From Mizuhopecten yessoensis (Eukaryota), in contig NW_018408821.1 in the NCBI RefSeq assembly GCF_002113885.1, positions 1,238,135 to 1,302,134 of the forward strand: a DNA stretch of 64,000 nt, written 5' to 3'. Positions 1-14,039 of the stretch are shown one piece after another. Each line of letters starts with the position of its first letter. Position 1 is the first letter of the stretch. Under the pieces are notes generated by a model. The model was not told where the DNA came from. It did not search any database and saw nothing but the letters and a program-made list of their open reading frames with translations. The position numbers and the translations under genes are program-made.

Positions 1-699
1 ATTCTTTTAACTCAGAAAAGCAATTTAAGATACCCCTACCCCTTTTTATTAATGAACAAAATCTCATTTTTCATTTCTGTTTCGTCGATATAACACTTTA
101 TATGAAAAACGTTCTGCTATTAAATTTATTTTAATATTAAATGGATTAAATAAAAATGTTCTAAAACAGACACAAAATGGGGCGACCGTGTGCTTCTTTT
201 TGCCCATGATAATTTATTATAGTTTTCATCTTTTCGGTGTCACAAATCAAAAGTGCTTCAGTAACACTAAATATGTAAAAAAAAAAAAAAATATCAATTA
301 TGCATAATTTTCCACTTTGTTGCATACTATTTCATCATATTCAACACTATAAAGTTTTACAGCAAAATGAACTTGCTTCAATTAAAACTGGGGACACAAT
401 AAACGATTGATCAGTCTTGTGTCAAAAAGGTGTAAATATGGCCTTTGATGAAACGTAAGAAATACACTTTTTCGAAATGCCGTCGTATTGATTTAAAAAA
501 AAAAATGTATTTAAGCAATTCTACAAACAACAGGCGTCTAGTTTTTTCACATATTTTCAGATGCTTGTTTGCTTTTAAAATTGATCACAATTTGTTAAAT
601 AATATAAAAACCTGTTACACGAGATCAAAACGAAATTTGAACGTTGTTTTAACTTCTGAAGAGTACAGATAAAATATAAGGCCTCACCTCTAATGCCGT

Positions 700-990
700 A
701 CAATATGCATTAGTAAGTCCCCGAGTCTAGCGCCATGTAAGTACCGCAAGAAACAAAGGCAAGACAATGCCAGCCTTAGCGCAATGTAAGTATAAAGGGC
801 AATGATATGGGCTCATCCAAATCGCTATATCCGTACTATGAACTGTATAAAAAGTGCCAGACTAAGTGCCATGTAAATACCAAATAAAAGCAATGATATG
901 TATCACACCTAGCACCATTTAGGCACCGTATACAATAATAGGACCAAGACTTAGCGCCATGTTACTACCAAAGGAGACGATAAGACCTAT
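700..990. repeat. Degenerate minisatellite (~45-60 bp period)
   Basis: Recurrent core YTAGCGCCATGTAAGTACC with variants at about 727, 775, 862, 908 and 950, twice followed by GCAATGATATG. Confidence 0.6.
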
Positions 991-1839
991 TTTCGTTTTA
1001 ATAGTAATATGCATTCTGTAATTTGTGTATATCTGGGAATTGTTCGGTTGTCGTCATGAGCTACGCTGAGACGGAAATTATATTCTCTCAGGATATTGTT
1101 GATTATAATAGTAGAAGATATTTGACACTCCAGGGAGATCGTATTAGTGTGTAAAAAGGATTTCCAAATTTTAAAACAATTAGTTCGCACCGTAGCATCA
1201 ATATTTTACGGAAAATGATAATATAATAATGAAATAGTTGCCACTTCAAAAACGAACTCAAATTCAAAAGCGCGATAATGTGTCTGGTGTATTCAGGAAC
1301 GGCCTTATCTTGAGTGCTTTGGAAAGTAAATCGTTTGAACAAAAATGTTCTGAAAGATTTTTACAACAGTTTTAAAATGTTTTCTGATAAAATAAAGCGA
1401 TGCTATCTTTAAGTATAATTGTAAAAATAGTAAACACCAGTATCCCTTATCAAAATGCGTATTTCTTTAAATCCAAAACACATATAGTGCAATTGATTTC
1501 AAAATTATACTTTAATTCATATGTCAGATACTTTTCTTGATAATGCAATGACGAAAACACTGTGAAGATATTTGTTACATTTATTTAATGATTTTTTTTT
1601 GCTACGAAACTAATTATTATTGAGGCATGTCACACATGTACTTTGGCAGTAAACCATCGGCAATCGTTCCATTCCTTGACATAATTATGTTTTATTTAAG
1701 GGTAAAATTTTGAAAGAGTAGTGCACGGAGAAGGTATTATGTGGAGTTGTTATCGATGTTTACTCCTTAGTATGTCTTGTTGTTTCGTGATCATACCCTG
1801 GTGCTCACTTTGAGAAGGATGCATTAATCGGATTTGACC

Positions 1840-1935
1840 TAGATTTACATGACGGGTGTCGTTGAAGAGCATGCAGCGGACGCTTACCCTTCCGGAACAT
1901 CTGGTTTTGTTCAACTCGTACCTTTTTCAAGAGTC
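1840..1935 (+). mobile_element. Fragment of a bivalve-type interspersed repeat (probable retroelement end)
   Basis: ACGGGTGTC...GACGCTTACCCTTCCGGAACATCTGG resembles a motif I recall from abundant bivalve repeats. Single copy in the window, family not assigned. Confidence 0.35.
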
Positions 1936-2029
1936 TCCATGCTAACATTTGTTGATATTTGCCATAGTTTTATTGGTTTTTAAATCGAATCCATCGGTTT
2001 ATTGACACTTCCCTATTCTCCTGTTGACT

Positions 2030-2510
2030 GGTGTGGACTAAATAGTGTTCTAGAGGAACTAGGTGTGTATGCTATTAAAAAGGATCTGTGAGATGGTTTT
2101 TTGTAGAGGGATAAAAATGGACAATATTTAAAGGGCCGAAAGTAGACAATGTTGTGTGGAGGGTATATAGATCGTAACGGCTATGATGTTAATATAGTGT
2201 ATGTGGAGGTATGTTACTTGTATCTACATAAATAGATATTATAAGACGGTCTTGATGACGCAGTGTTGTAAGATATGGTTGCCGTTAGTTTGGTTTGGAT
2301 AGTGCGGTGTGTAGATGAATGTAATACTACGGTCTGGATGATGTAATGTATAATATCTATGGTAAATACTGGTTTGGTTTGATACTTTAGCATGTGGAGG
2401 AGGAATGCATGCATGCAATATATTGGTACGGCATTGATGATTCGGTTCTGATACCATCTGTACGTTTGATATAAGTGGGATCGGATAGTGGGGTATGTGG
2501 ATGGATACAG
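2030..2510. repeat. Strand-asymmetric G/T-rich degenerate repeat
   Basis: Repeated TGTGGAGG/TGTGGATG motifs and a C-poor + strand. This explains the two overlapping minus-strand ORFs. Confidence 0.4.
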
Positions 2511-5500
2511 CACAGAGCTTAACGCAATATTTAAAAATGTATCGCCAGATCAATTATTTAGTAAGTAAGGTGGACCCGAGTTTCTCAATTTCCTATAATC
2601 GTATAATCTAGCAATTATCATAACGAATGGACCTAACTGTGACGTCACATTGTTATTTAACATGCGCTGACGTTTCTGCCGTCCCATGATTACACTCATT
2701 GACCGTGAATGTCACTGACACGACTTTATGGCGGCGATGATTTCCCTTAATCCTGCGGAATGGCTAACTATGCCGTAAAAACCTGCCATGAGATAAGAAC
2801 AAACGCAATTAGGCCTATATTTTGTTTTACTGCATTGAATAATTCATGCGGTTAATAAATTCCTGTGTTACTAATTAAAGCTGAAAAAGAAATAATTTTC
2901 AAAACGATTCGCATCTTATCCCATACTGTGATAATTCGACCCGATTATCATTGATTTATGAATTAAAGACGCGGCGTTGTCTTATCTCCCGTTATAACAG
3001 TTTATTGCTGTGGTACTCGGTGCGGTGATAGCCGCGATCATCTAGTACATCTATCATGTCTACCAAAATCATTCCATAATCATCATTAAGACGGATATTA
3101 CAAAAAAATCATTGACCATAAGTTTAATTTCCGCGGTCTATATTGTACATTGCATAATTTGTAATTTCGTACATAAAGTCTTTGGTCTCTGGCGGATCGC
3201 TTGGAGTGTGATAAAATACTAATCTTTTGTGTAATGTTTTTAGCTGCCAGAACGATTCACCTAGACGAATAAGGGATGCTATTATGTTTTTTTATTTTGT
3301 TACAGATATTCGTTCTTATGAAATAAAAGATAACATTGCTTGACTTTGACTATATTTATCAAAATGGATTCCTTAAAAAACGACTAGATCCTTTCAAATG
3401 AATATCATCATTTTTAAACACCCACATACATGTACTTCTTACATAAAATTTGGTTTCAGTACATGTTCCGTTGGGAATATACGTGATGCAATTATACCAT
3501 GACGTAGATGTAGATGCATATCCTTTAGGTATCATGCTGCTTTAAATGTCGTAAAAGTCTAATGTCATTGTACTTATGAATTGTAAAACAGGCCACGTGA
3601 CATCTTGTAGAGGAAATGATAAGTACAAATAAATCCATTTATTCTGACAATGCAGGAGCGTGTCCTTGGCAGGCATATGGGGTCATGGAGTAGGGGAAGA
3701 TTTTGGTTAACACCAGTGTCCTTGCTTGTCAGGATAATGGAACCTGGCAGAGGAAGCCCACGTCGGAATTGCTGTTAAACAGGGGTTAGAAATGTGTTTA
3801 TCCGCAATGCAACCGTATATGGTAATCACTAAGGTGCTTGACTCTTCATGCAAACCAAATTTTCTTGGTGTCTGACGTGATTGTATTATTTTGGTGTTTG
3901 GTACTGCGAGGCCTAAAATTACCAGAAGGTCCTATCGTGACTGCATTTACATGAAACAGTATCCTTGAGCATGCACGTGCTATTAAGCATTAGTATCACA
4001 GTATAAAGTAAGACAAATCCTGGTGGTCCAGTCGATTTTGTAAGCGTTCACATTCTGCTCTCTTTCCTCTTGTCAGAGAACAAAACAATTACATCATCAG
4101 ACTTCTAAGAAGTTTACGATTAAAGTGAAAGAAATTCAGCACAATAGGCAGATTACAAGCACTTCATTAGAATAACAAAAGCATAGTTTGTGTCCAAGGG
4201 ACGAATTTAATTACTCATTTATTCGCCATGCTGATTTTGACTTGGTTACAAATCATATGAATTTATCGTGAGACGCGCCAATGGAGAATGTTTTATTTAG
4301 TTACGGAACGGAAGTGAGCTTTGCTTTTCACGAGTAAATAACGAAATAATGCTACATCAAACAACATCTAAAATGCGGTTTTGAGGAACAAACATGAAAC
4401 AGAAGGCTTATTGTCAATGCTCTGGATTCTTTCCTTGTTCCGTTGTTATTGTTGGTGTAGATAAGATGAGTCGATGAATGGTTCTAACTGTTAATATAAA
4501 AACCCGACAAAACGAGTACAAAACAATGTCCAAAGGACGATTTGGTACGAAGGCCTGTGAAAAATATATAAAGAACATAAGATCAGATGGGTAAGTGTCT
4601 TCTGCTTCATCGACAAATTCCAACATATAAAACTAAGTCAGATATAAGTAATGTAAGAAAGTCTATAATGATAGATACAACCCTAAAGCGAGTACCTATT
4701 AGAGGATAAGAGCATTACTCCCATTTTTTTACAGGATCAGCAGAGTATCAATTAACCGTCTGAACATTACCATTAACGATATCTACCCTACTGCATGCAA
4801 AAAAGAAAAAAAAAGAGTTCACCGTAGATTTTTGTACATCTCTCCTAAACCTCCCTTTAATTTCTTTTGGATGTTACTGTCGCGCGAATGACCGAAGTAC
4901 TACCGTTGAATTGATAGCTTAGCTAGTTGAGAGAGCATAATGATCGGAAGTCAAGCATTTGAATCCTAAATCGGTTCCATCGTCATTTTATACCCAGAAC
5001 ACTGTTGTAGATCATATTTCGCTAATTTTATCCTCAGGATTTTCGTAAATATCCGAAAGACATGATGTTCTCTTTCCAGAAATGATTTACCAAAGCTATG
5101 GTAATGCTGAAAAACGTTTCTAATGCAACGATACAAGTGTTTTGCAATAGTTTGGATATCCCTTAACAAATTCATGATTTACCTTGAAAATGATTTAACC
5201 AAATCATTAAGGTGTTTAAAATAGCGACATTTCGTCAACTGTGTGTTTCGCTACCTCTGACAATCGCCAGAATACGGTAGTAAATCATAAGTAAGCCTGC
5301 TACACGCGTTTTTTGTTATGACGGGAAGTGCATAAGACTCGTCACGTTTTTGTTTCAAGGAAATTTCACGGTAATAAAATATGAAAAAGAAGTTCCATTT
5401 GTATGTCACAATAGGGACATTACGTGTCGTAATTCGAACATAGGTTTTGCTGTTGTTCACATACAAAAATGAAAAGTTTGCATTGTCAACACTGATTCTC

Positions 5501-6184
5501 CCTATCTGAAACGATGAGAGTACGAATCTTAATTGTAAGATAAACCATATAAATAACAGTTAATCGCTTTCCTGATCGTACTTGAAGACCGTCATACTTG
5601 ATGTAGCACTAGCAATACTGAAGCAAACCGGAAGTGATCGTTTGTGTACAAAGTAACATGCAAAGTTCTCAACAGAAATCTACCTCAAACTTGAAGGACA
5701 AATATGACATTTTGATATCAAAAATATCAATTAATTTCAAAATCAGTAGAAAATATAAAGATAATGTACTAAACTGCATTTGATTATAATAATTATAGTC
5801 CTGTATTTGTGAACAAACTTGCAGACAAATATTCATAACTCCTTAACGCCCGTTATTCGATTTATGTTCAATCCTGTTCTAAATAACAGCACTATAACTC
5901 AGAATATAACGTAGATTGATGTTTCATGATACAAAACAAAATCATACTCAGACTATATTAACAAAAAGATCAAAAAATATATATGATATGATATGAAAGT
6001 GTATGATGTAATTAAATACGGAAATCTAAAACTAAATTACATAATAAGAATTTTTCGAATCGGAGTACGTAAGTAACTGTTTTTTTGTCACTAGGATTTA
6101 CAGCAAACAAACATTACTGAATGTAAACATAGTACACTATCATACCGTGTAGCAACATATTAGCAAGACAGAGATTAATCGGTA

Positions 6185-6450
6185 TCGTTGTGCACGATAA
6201 TCCCCGTGTTGAATACGATAATAACCGCTTTGCACGATAATTGCCGCTGTTGAGTACGATAATAAACGTTTTGCACGATAATCCCCGTGTTGAGTACAAT
6301 AATAACCGCTTTGCACGATAATCGACGGTATTGAATACGATATTTAGCGTTTTCCACAATAACCGTTAATGTCAACTACGATAATCGGTGGCTCGGTATC
6401 CGATAATAGGCTGTGTCATGAACGATAATCCGCGGCGTTGTGTGCGATAC
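6185..6450. repeat. ~40-bp minisatellite built from two ~20-bp ACGATAAT subunits
   Basis: Unit GCACGATAATCCCCGTGTTGAATACGATAATAACCGCTTT repeated about 4 times, then decaying. Confidence 0.85.
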
Positions 6451-9400
6451 TCGGCAACGACGTGAATAGTAATCTGTCCTTAGGCAAGAATGCATTGTAG
6501 TGGATGCATTTGACAATCGGGTGACATTCCAAATTACAAGATCTCTCAGATAGTTTTGTTATTCCATTTTTATTGAAAATCTATTAGGTTTTGCTATTTA
6601 GAAATGAATGATGCGGATTTGTTTTTCTTGTTAACAAATAACATATCTAGATTTTTATTAATCGAAATTGTTAAAGTACATGTTAGCTAAAGTACATTTG
6701 GATGAAAGGTGACATATAGATTTAATACTGAGAAAATGATTTACCGGATGGCAGTGGTACTAAAGAGGTCCAAACAGCTAACGAGTTTGTTCAAAGGCTG
6801 TGATTTAGTGGATCCGTCCCCAAACACACGTTAACCACCGTTTTATTAGATATTTAGTGTGTTGAGTCAGCAAAATCTCCGTACTAAAATGTTTATTTAT
6901 CATGTTTAGAGGACAAATTTTCAAACAGTTAATTTGTTTTGATATCAGAATATAAACTACTCGTAAAATAATTTTGATTTGAACATCCAAATCCATTTAA
7001 TGACTCGGATTATTTTCCAGTGAAGGAGTACGTAACCAATGTGGAGATACTCTAGCAGGCGTGTAAAAATAAGCACATTTATAAACATAATTACATCAAA
7101 TTGATATTGCTCTTTTGACACGATACGAAATACGTTTAAAACGTTCTATGACCTACAATTGCCGATTATAACCACCATAACAGTTGCATACGCTCATTAA
7201 TTTGCCTTTTGGTTTATTTTGTAACTAATCCGGGTTTTAATTTGAGGATGTGACTACCTGGGTTTTACCCTAATGTACACGGCAGACGTCCTCTATGAAT
7301 GAAACTACGTTTCATTTTCAGACGCATCTGTTCTTATTCCCCTTGAACATAGGGGATAGTCCATGTTAATTTTCTTCATATTATGTCCTTACTTTGTCAA
7401 TTTGAGAGTGAAATAGGGTTTTTGTGATTGTTTTTGGCATACAACGAATGTAAATTACTGTACGTTTCATCCATGAGTCAATCTAAATTTCAAGTGTGCA
7501 ATATATATACTCAGTACGTTCTGTTGTGTTTTATTTTCCTTTAGAAATATAAAACATAATACCAACGGACCGTGTATAGAATCTAGAGTCCATGTTGTCC
7601 ATTATCGGTGGGAATATTTTCACTTCACAGATCCACAAGAAATAATTTTATTATTGAGACAAAAATCACACATTCCTTTTAACGTGATTACTTTTTATCT
7701 AAAAGGAAATATATTGTTCCTGACGCTGATAATTATATTACCATTTTCTTCATATCAAAGAAGATAAATGTATTCCTATGAAAATCAAGCTAACTATTCG
7801 GTAAGGCCCCCTTGGGATGGTACAGCTCATAAAGCAGGACTACAGGACGGTTATCAAAGAACGACGTCCTCGTTTTTATCAAAAAAACGTAATTTTGTGT
7901 GGGAGAGAGTTCCACACATCAGTGAAGTGGGCTCATTTAAAATCGATAAAGATGAGCGAAGAATGTCCTTTCGGACTGTGGCAGATAGTCGTAATTAGAC
8001 TTCACTAGCCTAGTAAACGTACTTGCATCGCATTTGTATGGTCTGGACGTAACATGTAATCTAATTTGTCACGATGTATTTGATAAATAGGATAGCTTGT
8101 GTTTAAACTTTTACTTCGGAACGGTATCAAAATGGCATCAAAGCGTGTTAAGTGTAAAAAAGCAGACCAATTTTTGGTTATTCACGTTACATCAAATATG
8201 GGACAGACACGTATTTATGAGACGTACTTGTAAATGCATGTGCTGTGTAGAATATCTATATCCCAGCCAAGATTAAGTGCAAAACATATAAGTTAACATT
8301 CAAAGAAAATTGCTGGTGATTTGAACATAAGGTAAATGAGCATGACTATGGATTTCATGGTATAACTACTAACTTTATAGCTTTAGATTTGTTGTCATGG
8401 AAGTTCCAAAACGAGTGGTTATCATGTTTATACAACTCGAGTCAGTTCATTTTCAAATTGTATAAAGGGACAATGTTTACCGAATATTTTTTACAATTTG
8501 AAAATTAACTAACAAGTGTTAGGTAAACATGGTAACCTACCATCACGAGTTCGGGGTACTCTTTCTACCATAACGTTTATATCTTATCTGGAAAGCCATA
8601 TCTTTCCCTTTAAAATGCTCTTTTCGGCTTCTGATGGGGGAAACAATTGCCGTGAATCATGACGTCACAATGGAAGATGACGCCGCAATGCATTGTTACG
8701 TGACGGCATTAGTAATAAATTGACCAATGAAATTACGGCCAGGGTGTTATCCACTAAGGGGTAACCAAACTCCTAGCAGGTTTATCCAATGAGTCAGGAG
8801 TGAGGAAACCTACAGTGGTTGTGAGAGAAAGAATGTTTTTCTTGGATGAATGTCGAAGTTGTTTGGGTTTTTACGAGATTCTTGTAGCTGCTGGATTATT
8901 ATGAATATGTCAAATAAGAGACACACAACTGAAAACATATCGTTTCATTGAGCAATATGCACAGGCCTCACTTTACACCATTCTAGATTCCGGAATACAT
9001 GTATAAGGAATCTATTGGTATGTATTACCAATGCATTCTAATGCAAATTCTTACTATGACATGACTAATGGTAGTGTCTAGTATATGAAAGATATGTTTT
9101 GGACTCACTGACTGATTGTGTTAATGGCAGACACCGTTCTCGATATCTACAACCATGACTACACGTCTGTTTTGTCATTTCCTCTTTTTTTCTCTCTCTT
9201 CCATTTCGTTTTGGCAGTGTTTCATACATTGCCTCTGGTTACCCGTTATTATGATAGTGTGACTTGTTAGAGTTCTGCGTCCCTACTACCGTACAATATT
9301 TCAATGAGATAGCACTGCTTGTCATTGATTTGTTACTGTTTCTACCACACGATTTAATTCGTTGTTTATTATGCACATAGTATGGGAGGTTAACAAAACT

Positions 9401-12383
9401 GCAATCATAATGTCAATTTAAATGCCGATTACTGTCTGTTTAAATAAATTGGTCTTTAAATGGCTTTGTCGGAAATAGAAAACTTCGTCATATGATCTAA
9501 GAATTTGAAAAGACATTTCCATCCCCCCTCCACACCTCTTTTGCTTACTTGTATTACTGTACCCATATATTTTTCCATATATAAGTCTGTTAGATATACA
9601 CAATATAAGAGTGTGCGGTTCCACGCAATCTTCCTGTTTTAATGTGACGTCATGCTGTTATAAAACGTGACGTCTTTTGGTTATAACGTCACTATGACCA
9701 CCATGTATAGGTAGGAATGATTTAACCTAAATCCCAGAGAGAAACTCTTCCATGGTATAGCTCAGCTCCTCACATATTTATATCATATAACATTGTTCAT
9801 ATGGTAGATGAAATCATTGAACGAAGTTAATACACTGTGTGTATGATACAAATAAATGTACACCGAAATGAATTATCTATTGGACAAGTATGTAAATAAG
9901 AATATATAAGTATATACATTTCGTACTGTTCACAAGCGTAATATAAACAAATGTAATATACATTGATTTGTTATAATCTATTTTATTTGTCGTTGTACTT
10001 CTTATTACGAAACATTTGATTGAAAACCAAGTCGAGCTTTATTATTCTTGACTATGTGTTTTCCTGATCGCGACTAAATAAAGTTTCACACAAACCATTT
10101 AACACTCAACTTTTGTTATTCGCATCTGTCAGTTGTCTTCAACCGATTTCACTTTCATATTTTCAAATATTCGTGACTTCCTTACCAGATTATGAATTCA
10201 TATTTGAATTTTACTTTTAGTTACATAAACATTGATGTTAAATATCATCTTCGATTAATCTATGGAAATTATGCGAAGAGTTTAAATACTGAGTGAGCTG
10301 TCATGTAAAATGAGGACGAGAGCAAAACAAGATAAATAGGATAATCTGATTGGTTGCATATCAAACAGAAACATCGTCAACACAAATTGATGAGACTTGT
10401 ATAAACATAATACGTTAAGTGACATCAGGCCACTTGATGCTGTCTATTCGTAGAATATATATTAAAGGCAACTACAATGGTATGCCCGATCTCCCATTTT
10501 GATGAACAGATCGTTGGAGAGTATGAAAGAGAGCGTTATCCATTAGTAAACGTGTTTGCCTGTCACTATCAAGTGACGTAAAAGAAAGAGGCTCCCGGGG
10601 CAGACAGAAGGAAAGTGAGATGATTGCTCTGTATGATACGGCCATCGACTAGGTCATAGCTGGGGGAGACTTTCAGAAAGCACTAAACGGTGTCTTGTTT
10701 GACGTCTCTGTTCCCTGAAATGTAGTTATATTTTCTGGACCGTAAAGCGATTTCTATGTTTGCTAGGAGCAATTAGCGCCAGTTTGTTTACGAAATGGTC
10801 TTTATTTGCAAACGTGTCAATAACAACATCATTTTTAAAGTGTCTGTGTCCGTCAATTTACATAGTTCCCGACGTACTGTACCATATCTATGTAGCCATC
10901 ATATTGATATCTATACTATGATTGGCAAGAATGACCATCCAGTGCAGTATGCTGTGAACAATGTCTGTGGATATATGGCGTGATTGGTATTGTTAACACG
11001 TGGCGAAGCTGTATAAGTTAACATCACGTCACGACAGATTAAAACTAAGTTTGGTTCTCACCTTGTTGGTAATCATTCGTTGATTTTCATCTATGGAATT
11101 TCATCATTGTCTTTTCTATTTTAAATCAGTCTCATTATTATGCCCTAAGTTGATGGTGACTTACACTGTTTGGTTTTGGTGTCTCATATCTCTCTCCAGT
11201 CGAACTAGTATCGAGAGCCCATCCTTGGAAAGTTTGAAAGGTTACCAAACATGGCATCTAAAAAAAGCTCATTGCACGTAGAAATCACTAACATGTACAT
11301 GTACATCATTAAAAGTGGTGCCTTAACACAGGTGATCGTTCAAAGAGGTTCGCTGGAACTGATTTGGAAGTGTATACCATTTTTGAGTTGCGATTATGTC
11401 TGTGTTAACTCTGTAGTGTAATTGACTATTTTGTACTTTGATCAGCGGCACATGTTTGTCGGACAAATCTACTTCTTTAACAATAGCAATATACTTTTTT
11501 AGTAATTCGAAATTACATTTACTTGCCACATTTGTTTTCAGAGATAATTAATTCATTAGTAAAAAGATAAACATCAGCTCCTGTTTATTTCACGCATGGT
11601 CTTACCAATACTTACCAATAATTATTTTACCTAAAATGCAAGAACCCTTTTATTAATTATTGAAAAAACCTTCACAATCTAATATTCTATGGTGCGTTTT
11701 GTCCATCAACACAATTAATTATTGTGAGTTACTGATTTAAATAACTTGACCGCTGCCAGCAAACTACTTAGACAGTGGTATACATACAGGAATTGACCAA
11801 TTGCGACGCCATATTACTCAGTAACCTTATTTGTGTATCCGATCGCACTACCCGACCTTGTTTTTAGGTCTTGAGATCCCACGCAGCTAAACAATTGATC
11901 TGCAAAACTCCATGTCAACACTGAATTTGATAAACTGCATATCTTCTTACTAATTTATTGACATTTTTCACAAACCTATTTGGTTGAAAGCAAACGTCTG
12001 ACACTGTGTTCCCTGTTTTGCACGACTAAAAATAACCTATCAATTGGCCTGCAATGTAAGATCGACGTTCGTACAATTCATCACTATACGAACTAAGATT
12101 GTAAGAGACATATGTTATATCATATTCGTTTACTTGTATCAGAATAGCATTTGTTTCCATTGAGATAGAACGATTTCTAACTTTCACTATATAAGCATTG
12201 AAAGGACTTACACTGACGACGTAAGTGCATTTCAGCAGATGTAACCTAAATATAAATGATTTTCTTTAACCGTCGACAAGGCAAGAATGATTTCTCAGGA
12301 AAGGTTGTTACGCGAATTTTACTGGAAGTTACTTTCATCACTCTGTGGGAGTGGGGGAAAGTAAATAGAAAAAAGGATGTTTA

Positions 12384-12548
12384 GATACGCAGACAGAGTG
12401 AGGCTTGTATGATACGGAGACAGAGTGAGGTTGTATGATACGGAGACAGAGTGAGGCTTGTATGATACGGAGACAGAGTGAGGCTTGTATGATACGCAGA
12501 CAGAGTGAGGCTTGTATGATACGGAGACAGAGTGAGGCTTGTATGAAC
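12384..12548. repeat. 27-bp minisatellite x~6
   Basis: GATACGGAGACAGAGTGAGGCTTGTAT near-perfect tandem copies. It produces the IIQASLCLR repeat ORF. Confidence 0.95.
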
Positions 12549-13680
12549 AGACAACGCAGTAATTGTTCCATTGTTCATATCAATTAGTGTATTATCTATT
12601 GTTTATTATAGTACATGTAGTTTAATGAAGATACAAATAACTTTGTAATACAAAAGCAAACCCCAGCTATCATTCTTTCATTTGAAATGCACATATACTC
12701 ATGATTAGACTCTCAGTAAGCGTATATATGTTAGCTGTATTCTTAATATAGCGCATTTCGCGATTTATATGTGGCGCTAAAGTTTGATTGCGCCAATCAA
12801 AATTCTTCTTTTGCGTATTGTGTGGGATCGCCGTACGTTTACCTGTTAACATTCGATAATGCGCTAACATTTTAGTGCGCTGGAAAAACCAGTTTTAACA
12901 GTTTATTGTATGTCTTGGACAAAATAGAGTTTGAGGTCAAGGTCTAGCGAAATCTGTCAAGATAAAGTTACTATCCAGGGCGGTACATATTTCAGTAACA
13001 AAACATGGTTAAGCATATCTGTAGCACGGTTTGTGCGTCAAGGACCACTTTACTAGATTTCACTTTCGATTTAACGTTAGCAATTTCTTTTTAACAGAAT
13101 AATTTGATAAAAGTAGAGTCTGGACACTTCGGGAAGATGCTTCCATTAGCAAAAATGTACCTGGTGTTGCTTTTGTTTCGAGCAGGGTGTTCCTTGGTTT
13201 CTATATTTATATTTTTCGATCTTTTTTTGAAGTCATTCCGTCGAGTTTGAATAATTAACAGTAATAAAAAGTGAAAGCAATATACACATTCTAATAACAC
13301 GCAGAATGGGTTAGCGCATCTGTTTGTATATTCTATGCTGTATATTGTATGATTCGTAGGACGTTTGGATTTCCTCCTTTATCACCGTGACCTAATTTGT
13401 TGCTGACCAATGTCCAAGAAATCGTTTTTCGATAAGCCAATCACATTTTCCAAGGGAGAACCCTCTGTAAATGTTATTTGCCTCAGAAAACAAACATATT
13501 TAATTATTTGGGTTACTTATTAAACGTGTGTTGATCTAAAACGTCCCTGAACGTCAGGAAAGATCCATATTATATTTATTGTAATTATCAGGCCAAATAT
13601 AGGACCCAGAACAGGGACATTGCGCTGCCGGGAAATAAAAAAATCATGTTTTGCCAATATTGAACACGAGCTGTAGGGGA

Positions 13681-14039
13681 ATAAATAATAATAATATAAT
13701 AATAATTATTCGAGGTTCTTATTTACCGCTTTATCACAACCTAGTTCGTAGGTCGTCTCAAAGCGGTTCACAAATTATTATCCGTGGTTTATTGCCTTTG
13801 CAACCAGCCAATACCTACTCCCTGGGGAGCATACAGCCGGTGCTGCCAATTCGGCGCTCACAGCTAGCATTCTACAATTCTAGCACTGCCTAACGTCGTA
13901 CTCATTTACAGCTGAGTAGACTGGAAGAAGCGGATTAAAGTCTCCTGCTTAAAGATACAACACAGTGCCGTGCTGTGACTCGAACCCGCAACCCTTCGGT
14001 CACGAGCCCGGCGTCCTACCACTAGACTACTGTGCCTCC
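13681..14039 (-). mobile_element. Full-length tRNA-derived SINE with L2-type 3' tail
   Basis: Minus strand begins GGAGGCACAGTAGTCTAGTGG (A box) and has GGTTCGAGTC (B box). Central CCAGTCTACTCAGCTGTAAATGAGTAC segment and (TTA)n tail. A second copy lies at 23630-23778. Confidence 0.9.

Noticed and set aside
12338-12578. Repeat-containing ORFs (also 6114-6375, 25704-25922, 51598-51786)
   Set aside because: By-products of tandem repeats, with no gene structure.
13960-14039. tRNA-like sequence
   Set aside because: It is the head of a SINE, continuous with the SINE body and tail. The weaker heads at ~4915-4965, ~43060-43130 and ~63835-63865 are likewise not tRNA genes.
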